Source of the DNA: Bacteroidota bacterium
Lineage (GTDB): Bacteria > Bacteroidota > Bacteroidia > Sphingobacteriales > Sphingobacteriaceae
NCBI GenBank assembly: GCA_013289045.1
Contig: JABDAU010000002.1
Location: 28,493 to 92,492 of the forward strand
Direction of reading: 5' to 3'
Length of the DNA stretch: 64,000 nucleotides
The notes beneath the pieces are model-generated. The model worked only from the letters and a program-made list of their open reading frames with translations. It was not told the DNA's origin and did no database searches. The stretch's first letter is position 1; each line of letters opens with the position of its first letter. The translations under genes were made by a program, and so were the position numbers. Positions 9,450 through 18,658 of the stretch are shown piece after piece.

Positions 9450-9943
9450 TCAAGAACGACGTACTTTGACAGGCCTTACAGGAACAACAGGAAAGTGAAT
9501 CGGGGAAATCTTCGGACGAACTAAAGATCACGATACTGCCTGAGTTACACCGGATAGAAGAAGAAAGCTGCAAGCAGCGACGCAAGTCGAAAGGCTGCAC
9601 ACCACAGAACGGCGCAAGCCGGGACGGACGGTAAAAGATCACGCAGCGCAGAACGGAGCACGCAAGTGAAACCAATGCAGTCGGCGCAAGCCGAAGCGAA
9701 ACGATGACTTCAGCTCGTTTGGTGAGCATAACTAAAATAAGGCATTGCGCTGGTTACCGTAAACTACGGAAGAAAGTAACACACACAGCGTAACAGGTGC
9801 TTCAATTACCCGGATCCCGCAAGGGGGATGACGAAACAGCCCGGTCGGATACACAAAACTTGATTGTTCCCTGGCGACTACGGTCGGCATGGGCGCAGAA
9901 AACGGAAGTTCAAATCGAAAGAGGCGGCTTCCGTTTTCGTTTT
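9450..9943 (+). ncRNA. Candidate large structured non-coding RNA (~490 nt), family unrecognised
   Basis: Own promoter and terminator; 5' CAGGAACAA-CAGG pairs with 3' CTTG-A-TTGTTCCCTG; GCAA tetraloop hairpins at 9582, 9614, 9662, 9686, 9819; UUCG at 9511 and UACG at 9879; nested helices; purine-rich; no credible ORF. Confidence 0.75.
9898..9943 (+). terminator. Intrinsic terminator closing the ncRNA (may also serve the convergent GNAT gene)
   Basis: GAAAACGGAAG ... CTTCCGTTTTC 11-bp stem followed by GTTTT. Confidence 0.75.
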
Positions 9944-9998
9944 ATATGGTTTTCGAGATTGCACCGAATTTGTTTGGGCTTGCACCGATTACTATCAA

Positions 9999-10514
9999 TC
10001 AAGAAGCGCGCAATTGAAACAGAGCAGCAGGAGCGTTGTGATAATGATCGGGTAAACCTGTAGTGTCTTTCAGACCAAATATCCCCAAAAAGTCGAAACC
10101 TGCATTGGTGTAATGTTCTATCAGTTTTGTGTTGTTGCCGATAGTATCCAGCCTCACATAATCCAAATTATGCTGTAAAGCATATTCTTTTGCCCACTTA
10201 ACGATTATAGCTACAAAGTTTTGTCCGCGGAAATCGGGGTTTGTAGCGATGCGATGAATGTATATAGCAGCGTCCTTGTTTCTTTCTTCCCAGATCTGCT
10301 CATCGCTGAAAGTTGTGGCCCAAACGCAGGCAACCTTTCCCTCAATTAATAATTTCCATTGGCGGTTTTCGGCAATTTCTGTTTCAACAAGCTCAGGCGC
10401 AAATTCCGGCCAAACCACTACGGTTTGCTTTTGCCGCTGGTAATCAGATGCCAGGCGGTATAGTCTGAATATTTCGGGTATATCATTAATAGTGCTGTTT
10501 TCTATTTGCGGCAT
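9999..10514 (-). CDS. GNAT family N-acetyltransferase
   Basis: YIHRIATNPDFRGQN motif A, VRLDT, LIEHYTNAGF. Confidence 0.9.
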   Translation of the reverse strand: MPQIENSTINDIPEIFRLYRLASDYQRQKQTVVVWPEFAPELVETEIAENRQWKLLIEGKVACVWATTFSDEQIWEERNKDAAIYIHRIATNPDFRGQNFVAIIVKWAKEYALQHNLDYVRLDTIGNNTKLIEHYTNAGFDFLGIFGLKDTTGLPDHYHNAPAALFQLRAS

Positions 10515-10630
10515 ATCGGGTGGTTTTAATGCAAAGATAGAAACCGGCAGTTACGCACAAAACCCGTTTCTTGCTGTTTATTACGCGTTATGGTCATTAA
10601 TCTTGCGTTATAATTATTAAATTGCGCCCT

Positions 10631-11983
10631 ATGCAAAAGGATGGTAAAAGCAAAACCGACAGTAAAAAAAAGATATTCGTTTTAGATACTTCGGTTATCC
10701 TGTATGATCATAACGCCTTTGAAAACTTCCAGGAGCATGATGTGGCCATACCCATACAGGTGCTGGAGGAACTGGATAACATGAAAAGCGGGAATGACAC
10801 CCGCAATTTCGAAGCTCGAAGCTTTATCCGCCTGATGGATGACATCTCGCGTAAAAACCTTATGGATCAATGGCAGCCGCTCAATGGCAAAAGCAAGGGC
10901 AGCTTTAAGGTGATCATCGATACCAAAAACATTGCCGCTGATGCACAGGCTGTTTTCGGGTCTGAAAAGATCGACCATCGTATATTGAATGCTGCATTGG
11001 TCTTACAGGAAGAAAACCCGGATAAAAAGGTTGTATTGGTATCGAAAGATATCTGTCTTCGTCTTAAAGCCAAATCGCTAAGTCTGCATGCTGAGGATTA
11101 TGAAACCGGCAAAATAAAGAATGTAGATGAGCTGTACACCGGGAAAACCGTATTGAACAAAGTTACCGACAAACTGATCACCCAGCTTAATAAACATAAC
11201 TCCCTGCCGGTTGATACGGTAGATCTGCAGGCGCGTACTCACAACCATTTTTATATCCTTAACGGGAAAAATAAATCTATCCCGGCATTTTATAATTCGC
11301 AGTCTGCACTGTTGGAAAAAGTTACCGAGCAGCCTGTTTTTAATATCCAGCCGCGCAATATGGAACAATCATTTGCCATACATGCCTTGCTGCACCCGGA
11401 TATTAAGCTGGTGACCATACAAGGCAACGCCGGTACAGGCAAAACGTTGTTGGCATTAGCGGGAGCATTGGAGCAACGCCGCAATTTCAGGCAGATCTTT
11501 GTTACCCGCCCGATCGTGCCGCTGAGTAATAAAGACATCGGCTTTTTACCCGGCGACATAAAATCAAAGATCGACCCATACATGGCCCCGATATGGGATA
11601 ACCTGAAATTTATCAAAGACCAGTTTGCAGATGACGACAAAATGCAGAGCAAACTGGATGAATTGGTCACCAACGATAAAATCTCCATCACACCGCTGGC
11701 GTTTATCCGCGGGCGTACGCTGAGCAAGATCTTCTTTATTGTAGATGAAGCGCAAAACCTGACGCCGCATGAGATCAAAACCATTATTTCGCGTGCGGGG
11801 GAGAATAGCAAATTCGTATTTACGGGGGATATTTACCAGATAGATACGCCATACCTTGATGCGGAAAGTAACGGGCTGAGTTATTTGATTGATAAAGCCA
11901 AAGATCATCCTTTGTATGCGCATATTACGCTGCAAAAGGGGGAAAGGAGTGAATTGGCTAATTTGGCGACGGAGTTGTTATAA
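10631..11983 (+). CDS. PIN-domain + PhoH ATPase fusion (PhoH2/YlaK type)
   Basis: FVLDTSVIL PIN start, DHRIL, Walker A GNAGTGKT, IRGRTL, DEAQN. Confidence 0.93.
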   Translation: MQKDGKSKTDSKKKIFVLDTSVILYDHNAFENFQEHDVAIPIQVLEELDNMKSGNDTRNFEARSFIRLMDDISRKNLMDQWQPLNGKSKGSFKVIIDTKNIAADAQAVFGSEKIDHRILNAALVLQEENPDKKVVLVSKDICLRLKAKSLSLHAEDYETGKIKNVDELYTGKTVLNKVTDKLITQLNKHNSLPVDTVDLQARTHNHFYILNGKNKSIPAFYNSQSALLEKVTEQPVFNIQPRNMEQSFAIHALLHPDIKLVTIQGNAGTGKTLLALAGALEQRRNFRQIFVTRPIVPLSNKDIGFLPGDIKSKIDPYMAPIWDNLKFIKDQFADDDKMQSKLDELVTNDKISITPLAFIRGRTLSKIFFIVDEAQNLTPHEIKTIISRAGENSKFVFTGDIYQIDTPYLDAESNGLSYLIDKAKDHPLYAHITLQKGERSELANLATELL

Positions 11984-11990
11984 TTGCGTT

Positions 11991-12770
11991 ATGAGAAACC
12001 TTGTCCTGACAATTATATTTATTGCTTCTGCCCAAACGTTAAACGCACAATCTACCGGCAAGCAATCTGACGATTTAAAAGGTCGTGTAAAACAAGTCAC
12101 TGAATATGTTTTCATGAGCAAAAACAATCAAAAAGATATTGATACTGCAACTGCACAAACCAAGGAAATAGACACATTAAATATGGCTGGTTTTTTCCTG
12201 AAAAAACAGAAGTATGGCTTGGATGGGTTTTTAATGGACAGCAATATTTATCACTACTTAAGTGATACTTTAACTACTGCAGATCAATATGATAGTAAGG
12301 GCAAATTGATGCTAACGTATTCATATAAATATAATAGCAAAAATCAATTGGTTGAATATGATATGCCATTTCCGTATATGAAAACTAATGGGGCCATAAT
12401 ATTTTCATATCTATACAACACAGAAGGCAAAACCATTAAGACGGTTCAATATAACACGGTGTCAAACAAGATAATAATGATTGATTCAGCAATTTACACC
12501 CATGCCCCACAGATGATCGAACATCATAATTATTTTACCCCCAATTCAATGGAGAAAATGTTAATTTATTGTGATGCTTCTCATCGTGTTATAAAAACAG
12601 AAACTTATGATCAATCAGGAAGTGTGGTTGATGAGCAGTCGATCACTTATGCCGACATCGATAAAAATGGTAATTGGTTATCAAAGATTATCGAAAAGAA
12701 AGGCCACAACAGAATACAGGGGAGTTACTCAAATAAAATAGCTATTAAAAGAGAAATAACATACTACTAA
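11991..12770 (+). CDS. Secreted hypothetical protein, YD-repeat-like beta-rich
   Basis: Signal peptide MRNLVLTIIFIASAQTLNA; LKGRVKQV, YDSKGKL, DKNGNWL, REITYY end. Confidence 0.75.
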   Translation: MRNLVLTIIFIASAQTLNAQSTGKQSDDLKGRVKQVTEYVFMSKNNQKDIDTATAQTKEIDTLNMAGFFLKKQKYGLDGFLMDSNIYHYLSDTLTTADQYDSKGKLMLTYSYKYNSKNQLVEYDMPFPYMKTNGAIIFSYLYNTEGKTIKTVQYNTVSNKIIMIDSAIYTHAPQMIEHHNYFTPNSMEKMLIYCDASHRVIKTETYDQSGSVVDEQSITYADIDKNGNWLSKIIEKKGHNRIQGSYSNKIAIKREITYY

Positions 12771-12786
12771 ATATTCAGTCTGATTT

Positions 12787-14925
12787 CTACACCAAAACAT
12801 TCTCCGTCACCCTTGCAATATCAGCCGAAATCTTGTTAATAAAGCCTAACTGATCGCCAAGCAGGTTATTGTCAGGCACCAGTTCAGGCATCTTGTTGCT
12901 CACCTCAACCTTGCTCATTTTTTCGGAACTAAGGTCAACTTTAACATTCCCTAATTTATTACCGACATCATTCAAAATAGCGAGACTCCTCTTGATGGAT
13001 TTTGTGATCTCGGGCTTGGAACCATGCACAGTCTTACCCATCAACTCAGCAGCCACGGTGGCTACGTAGGAAGTAAGAATATGATTGAGCACCACAAACT
13101 TGTGGATCTCCTTAACGTTTTTTTGCTTGCTCTTTGGTTCGGATGTCATGCGCTCAAATGCTGCTGACAGGTTGCCTGATTTTACGAACACATCTTTTCG
13201 CGCCAGTTTATACTCGGTAATATCAACCGTGCGCCCTGAAAGGCTATCGGCTATTTTGAGCATATAGTTCATGTTGGCGCATATCACGTCTTTCATGTTC
13301 TCGCGTATCAGCTCAAACTCCCACGATGGGAATATGAGGTAACTGGCAATAAAAGCAATAACCGAACCTATAATGGTATCGCTGATACGTTCCTCAACAA
13401 TATTATTTACGCCTAAAAAGCTGAAAAGTAATAAGATATAAGGCGTCATAAATATCACGCTTACTACGTAATTCAGCCTTAAAAAACTGTAACATCCCAG
13501 CATAAAGAACACTAATAAGCCAAATTCAACATCCCTGTTGTGCAATAACAACAATAGGCCAATACCGATGATACCGCCACAAACCGTGCCGATCAAACGC
13601 TGATAATTGCGCTGTTTGGAAAGGCTGAAGCCCGGTTTAAGGATCACGATAATGGTAAGCAAGATCCAATAGCTGTGATGCCCCTGTGAGATGGTTTTAG
13701 CGAAAATAAATCCTATCAAACACACAAAACTTACCCTTAAAGCGTGTTTGAATGCTGCCGAGCTGAACGATAAGTTATCGATGAAAATATGAAAGGCGTA
13801 ATCCTGGTGTGTAACGAATTTGGAGTATTCAATCTTGCGCCGGTTCTCAAATAACAACCTTGCCGAATCAGAATGATAATAGTAGTAAATGCTGGCGATC
13901 TTCTGGTTCATATCGCGCAGGTTTACCAATATCTTCTTTAACACCAGGTTGCTGGTTTCTTTATCGTCAACAGCTATCTTGTCAATTTTAGCTTTGAGAT
14001 CTTCCAGCTCAGGCATGAAGTTTACCGGGGCTTTATATTTTGAATTGGAAAGAACGATGAATGCAGCATTATCCACCTCATCGGCCATCTGTTCAATGAT
14101 CTTGGCTATCTCATCCAATATGCCGGTGTCTTTAAATTTTTCGTGGATGTAGCTGTAATCATAGTGTGTAGCCATGATATTCTCATACATGTCCACCAAA
14201 TCCACAAACGTGAGCACCAGGATGCGGCTTGCACTGGTTGATTCACGCACCAGCAACCGGCTCTTGAACAGCATTTCGCGCACCAGGTCCTGGCTTTGGT
14301 TTACACGGATCTGCTGCAATACCAGTTTGCGGTAATTCTCGTCTATATCGGCCCCTGATTTATAAAAATCAGCTTTAATGCGCAGGAATTTAGCTACCTC
14401 TGCAATGCTCTCACCCAGGGTTTGTTGCGCAGCGCGATAGGGGCGGATACCAAAGAATACCAGGCTAAAGATCATGTACCAAACACCACCGGCCAGTATG
14501 ATGGCGCTTTGGGTAACTATCTGGTCGGGTTTTACAGCCTTGTCCATCATCAGGATCATCACCAGCAAAGCGCCGGTACCTATTGATGCTGCGCGATTAC
14601 CATAAACTGTGAACATGGAAAATAAAAAGGAGAATATAACTACTTCGGCGCCAAGCGTGTATACATTAAGCCTCGCAAAACCCGTAATAACAGCCGAAAT
14701 AAATACACACAGGTTACATAAAGCCATAGCATTACGCTTATGCGCCAAAGGCCCTGGTGTGTCAACCGCGCTTATGCACAATGCGCCGAGCGAGAGGCTG
14801 ATACCTATATCAAACTTACCTAACTCCGCTAAAATAAGGGATGGGAGCAACACGCCAATAGTGATGCGTATGCCGTCGGAAAAATACTGGCTGTAAAAAA
14901 AACTTTTTACTTCCCTGATTTGCAT
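12787..14925 (-). CDS. FUSC family membrane protein (YccS/YhfK type)
   Basis: Two hydrophobic blocks; YWILLTIIVILKP...RLIGTVCG FUSC motif. Confidence 0.9.
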   Translation of the reverse strand: MQIREVKSFFYSQYFSDGIRITIGVLLPSLILAELGKFDIGISLSLGALCISAVDTPGPLAHKRNAMALCNLCVFISAVITGFARLNVYTLGAEVVIFSFLFSMFTVYGNRAASIGTGALLVMILMMDKAVKPDQIVTQSAIILAGGVWYMIFSLVFFGIRPYRAAQQTLGESIAEVAKFLRIKADFYKSGADIDENYRKLVLQQIRVNQSQDLVREMLFKSRLLVRESTSASRILVLTFVDLVDMYENIMATHYDYSYIHEKFKDTGILDEIAKIIEQMADEVDNAAFIVLSNSKYKAPVNFMPELEDLKAKIDKIAVDDKETSNLVLKKILVNLRDMNQKIASIYYYYHSDSARLLFENRRKIEYSKFVTHQDYAFHIFIDNLSFSSAAFKHALRVSFVCLIGFIFAKTISQGHHSYWILLTIIVILKPGFSLSKQRNYQRLIGTVCGGIIGIGLLLLLHNRDVEFGLLVFFMLGCYSFLRLNYVVSVIFMTPYILLLFSFLGVNNIVEERISDTIIGSVIAFIASYLIFPSWEFELIRENMKDVICANMNYMLKIADSLSGRTVDITEYKLARKDVFVKSGNLSAAFERMTSEPKSKQKNVKEIHKFVVLNHILTSYVATVAAELMGKTVHGSKPEITKSIKRSLAILNDVGNKLGNVKVDLSSEKMSKVEVSNKMPELVPDNNLLGDQLGFINKISADIARVTENVLV

Positions 14926-15127
14926 TGTGTTGGGTTAAAATTGTTGTGCAAATTTAAAAAATATAACTACAAGGTGCTTTTATAATCAATATATCATTTT
15001 AAACTCTCAATGTTTAATAAATGTTCAATAATATACAGATTTCTCAATTTAGATAACTAAATTCACGCCTTTAACAACGACCTCATTTATTGCACCGGAG
15101 TTTTAAACGAATTCACACGTCACTACT

Positions 15128-17716
15128 ATGTCCTACGCGTTAAAACTCAGCCAGCGCGAAACAACTTTTAACCAGGAAGTTGTCGCCCGTTTTGAGTTAT
15201 ACAACAGTTTATTTCAAACCCTGCCATTTTACCAGGTAAAAGATACCGGTATTTTATTGCCGTTCTTCAGCTCGCATTGCGAAAAGGGCGCTTTGGAGCA
15301 GTTATCGCCGACCGAGATCATTGAATCATTTTTCGAAAAGTATGTGCCGGGTATCGATCACCGCGAGCAGATCAACCGTTTGTTCCGGTTTATCCAGTAC
15401 ATCGAACGGCAGGTGGTTTTGTTTGACGCCATAGAGGATTCATCCTTCAGCAAAATAGGCAGGCCGGATGACTCCGGCTCATTGCAAAGCCTATTACAGC
15501 AGGCGGTACTGAGCGACCAGGTACGAAATGACATCAGCAAAAAATTAAAAGAATCGTCGTTGCGATTAGTGCTTACCGCGCATCCTACCCAATTTTATCC
15601 GGGTTCGGTACTGGGTATTATGACAGATCTGATCGAATCGCTGAAGATCAACGACATTAATAATATCGACGTTTTACTACAACAATTGGGTAAAACTCCT
15701 TTCTTCAATAAAACTTCGCCAACGCCTGTTGATGAGGCAGTTAGCCTGGTTTGGTTTTTGGAGAACATTTTTTATCACGCCATGTCGGGCATCCAGAGTA
15801 AATTGGAAGAAGAATTTGATGTTGATCTTGCCGATACGCACCAGATCCTTGAACTGGGCTTTTGGCCGGGCGGCGACAGGGATGGCAATCCGAACGTAAC
15901 AACAGATACTACCCGTGATGTTGCCAAATTATTAAGGCAAATTATTTTTCGCTGTTATTACCGCGACTTTAGGGTAGTTAAACGCCGAATAACATTTCGC
16001 GGCTTCGGTACACTGATCACCGATCTGGAGCAATTGTTTTATGATAACGCATTCAATCCTGTAGATAATGCTGTCGACCTTCAGGGACAGATATTGGATA
16101 TGCTGCAATCAGTACGCAATACGCTGATCAGCAATCATGATAACCTATTCATTGATGTAGTTGAAGACCTGATCCGTAAAGTAAAACTATTCGGCTGTTA
16201 CTTTGCTACGCTCGATATACGACAGGATAGCCGCGTGCTGCGTAATGTATTTGACTTTGTAGTGCAGCAGCCCGGTATTTATGTAGGCATTGCCAAAGGT
16301 TATGATAAATTAGACGAAGCGGGAAAACTTAAAAGCCTGACGTTTAATGAAGCAGATTTCAAGTGCCCGGACAATGCCGATCCGCTGATAAAAGATACGC
16401 TGAACACTATCCGGTTGGTTCAGGACATTCAAAAAGCGAATGGCCAGAAAGCCTGCCAACGATGCATCATCAGCAACTGCCAGCAGGCTTCTGATATTCT
16501 ACAGCTTATCGACCTGTTTTTATGGAGCGGATGGAAGAAAGATAAATTAACCATCGATTTTATGCCGCTGTTTGAAACAGTGAATGACCTGCAGCATGCG
16601 GCAGGAGTGATGGAAAGCCTGTACAAGCATTCTTTCTATAAAGAGCACCTAAAGAACCGAGGCAATAAACAAACGATCATGCTCGGCTTTTCGGATAGCA
16701 CCAAGGATGGTGGTTACCTGATGGCTAACTGGTCTATTTATAACGCCAAGGTTGAACTAACCGCTATGGCGCGCAAATATGGTATTGAGCTTGCGTTTTT
16801 TGATGGCAGGGGTGGCCCACCGGCACGCGGCGGTGGTAAAACGCACCGTTTTTATGCGTCGATGGGCGATGAGATTGCAAATGAGAACATCCAATTAACT
16901 ATACAGGGGCAAACTATTAGCTCTCAATACGGCTCAATCGAAACCGCGCGTTTCAATATGGAGCAATTGATAAATGCCGGCGTTATTTCGGCGCTTTATC
17001 CAAATAAAAACGACCATCTGAGCGACGGCAATAAAAAGTTGATAGCTGATATGGCCAACAATAGCTATGATATGTTCATGAACCTGCGCACACATCCTTT
17101 GTTTGTGGAGTATCTTGAAAAGTTCAGCCCTTTAAAACTACTGTCCCGTATCAATATCAGCAGTCGACCAACAAAGAGAAATGCTGATGCCCAGCTTAAA
17201 CTGGAAGATCTGCGCGCTATTAGCTTTGTTACCTCATGGAGCCAGCTGAAGCAGAATATACCGGGTTTTTATGGTGTGGGCACTTCGCTTAAAAAGATGC
17301 AGGAAGCAGGTAAATGGGAAGAAATTAAACAGTTATACCATACTTCCGGTTTCTTTAAAACGATGCTGGACAACTGCATGATGTCTATGTCGAAGTCGAA
17401 TTTTAATGTTACGGCTTACTTAAAAGAGGACAAGAAGTTCGGAGAATTTTGGAAGGTGATGAAGAACGAGTATGAGCTTACCAAAGCCATGCTGATAGAA
17501 CTAACAGACAGCAAAGCGCTGATGGACGAATACCCGGTTGAGCGCCGTTCAATAGCTGTACGCGAAAGGATAGTATTGCCATTGGTGATCGTGCAGCATT
17601 ATGCACTGCAGTGCCTTAACAATAAACAAAGTGATAAGGAACTAACCGAGATATACGACAAGCTGATCATACGCACAGTGTATGGTATTGTGAATGCGGG
17701 ACGTAATTTGGCGTAG
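15128..17716 (+). CDS. ppc: Phosphoenolpyruvate carboxylase
   Basis: VLTAHPT, GGDRDGNP, MLGFSDSTKDGG, GRGG, LRAI motifs. Confidence 0.97.
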   Translation: MSYALKLSQRETTFNQEVVARFELYNSLFQTLPFYQVKDTGILLPFFSSHCEKGALEQLSPTEIIESFFEKYVPGIDHREQINRLFRFIQYIERQVVLFDAIEDSSFSKIGRPDDSGSLQSLLQQAVLSDQVRNDISKKLKESSLRLVLTAHPTQFYPGSVLGIMTDLIESLKINDINNIDVLLQQLGKTPFFNKTSPTPVDEAVSLVWFLENIFYHAMSGIQSKLEEEFDVDLADTHQILELGFWPGGDRDGNPNVTTDTTRDVAKLLRQIIFRCYYRDFRVVKRRITFRGFGTLITDLEQLFYDNAFNPVDNAVDLQGQILDMLQSVRNTLISNHDNLFIDVVEDLIRKVKLFGCYFATLDIRQDSRVLRNVFDFVVQQPGIYVGIAKGYDKLDEAGKLKSLTFNEADFKCPDNADPLIKDTLNTIRLVQDIQKANGQKACQRCIISNCQQASDILQLIDLFLWSGWKKDKLTIDFMPLFETVNDLQHAAGVMESLYKHSFYKEHLKNRGNKQTIMLGFSDSTKDGGYLMANWSIYNAKVELTAMARKYGIELAFFDGRGGPPARGGGKTHRFYASMGDEIANENIQLTIQGQTISSQYGSIETARFNMEQLINAGVISALYPNKNDHLSDGNKKLIADMANNSYDMFMNLRTHPLFVEYLEKFSPLKLLSRINISSRPTKRNADAQLKLEDLRAISFVTSWSQLKQNIPGFYGVGTSLKKMQEAGKWEEIKQLYHTSGFFKTMLDNCMMSMSKSNFNVTAYLKEDKKFGEFWKVMKNEYELTKAMLIELTDSKALMDEYPVERRSIAVRERIVLPLVIVQHYALQCLNNKQSDKELTEIYDKLIIRTVYGIVNAGRNLA

Positions 17717-17779
17717 GGGGAACCAGGATTGAACGGATTTAATAGATTTTCAAGATATGAGAATAGCTTGAGAAGAACT

Positions 17780-17849
17780 GACGTCATTTAAAGAAATACC
17801 GTTCCATTGAACGGTTAACGCAGAGATGGCTTCGTTCCTCGCCATGACG
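17780..17849 (-). repeat. Half copy of the CGTCATGGCGAGGAACGAAGCC REP-like element
   Basis: Reverse complement aligns over ~70 nt with 31307-31376. Confidence 0.8.
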
Positions 17850-17986
17850 CGATAAGGTTAAACTTCCGACTTTCGGACTTTTCCCGCAAAAATATTTTGG
17901 CTTGTTGTATAAATTGATTTGTTTTGCAATAATTATTAAGCCACATGGTTTGATGATCGGTATATAGATAACCTTAACAATAAAAA

Positions 17987-18517
17987 ATGAAAAAACTGAT
18001 CTACCCGGTGTTGGGATTAGCGATTGCCCTTTCGGTGCAATCATGTGATAACTGGAAAGCAAAATATTTAAACGAGAAATCGCTGGTTGATGAGCCTGGC
18101 ATGGAATTTTTGAAGGGAAGCGTTGAAGGCGGTATGACTGAAATTGCTGCGTCTAAACTTGCTGTAGCTAATTCAACAAACCCGGAGGTAGTTGAGTTTG
18201 CCAAAATGATGATCACCGATCACTCAAAGGCCAATCATGCATTGGACTCGATAAAATTCGACCAGTATGTAACCGGCAAAGACACCATAAGCGATGAGCA
18301 CCAGGTAATTCTCGATAGCCTCGCCACCAAAAAAGGCGCTGATTTTGATAAAGCTTATATTGCTATGATGGTGAAAGATCATGAAGGTGCGGTAGATCTG
18401 TTTACTGAAGCAAGCACTGATAAAAACAGCCACATTCATTATTTTGCTGAAAATACATTGCCAACTATAAAAGAACATTTGGAGAAGGCAGAAGAGCTGC
18501 AAAAATCTTTAAAATAA
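17987..18517 (+). CDS. DUF4142 domain lipoprotein (ferritin-like)
   Basis: Lipobox VQSC; EFAKMMITDH, FDKAYIAMMVKDH, LPTIKEHL. Confidence 0.9.
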   Translation: MKKLIYPVLGLAIALSVQSCDNWKAKYLNEKSLVDEPGMEFLKGSVEGGMTEIAASKLAVANSTNPEVVEFAKMMITDHSKANHALDSIKFDQYVTGKDTISDEHQVILDSLATKKGADFDKAYIAMMVKDHEGAVDLFTEASTDKNSHIHYFAENTLPTIKEHLEKAEELQKSLK

Positions 18518-18537
18518 GCTATTATTTTAATTAATAT

Positions 18538-18574
18538 AAATAGCGATGGGCGAGGGCTCATCGCTATTTTTTTT
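18538..18574 (+). terminator. Intrinsic terminator
   Basis: AAATAGCGATG...CATCGCTATTT stem followed by T-run. Confidence 0.8.
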
Positions 18575-18658
18575 GCTTTACGGGCGTGATACTTAAGGGT
18601 TTATTTATGATAAAACATAAATATTATTTTATATTTACAAATAATATAAGCCCTTATT

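Noticed and set aside
9450-9943. Identification as tmRNA, RNase P RNA, 6S, SRP, group I/II intron or hammerhead
   Set aside because: No GGGG..CCACCA tRNA-like ends or tag ORF; AGGAAAGTG only partly resembles RNase P GAGGAAAGUCC and the matching 3' P4 strand is absent; too long and branched for 6S/SRP; no domain V or P7 core; GATGACGAAAC lacks a full CUGAnGA core. An Rfam scan is still needed.
9436-10063. ORFs 9436..9729(-), 9797..10063(+) and 9864..10055(+) as proteins
   Set aside because: Non-ATG starts, Arg/Ser/Cys-rich unnatural composition, and they run antisense to or through the terminator of the structured RNA; better explained as shadows.
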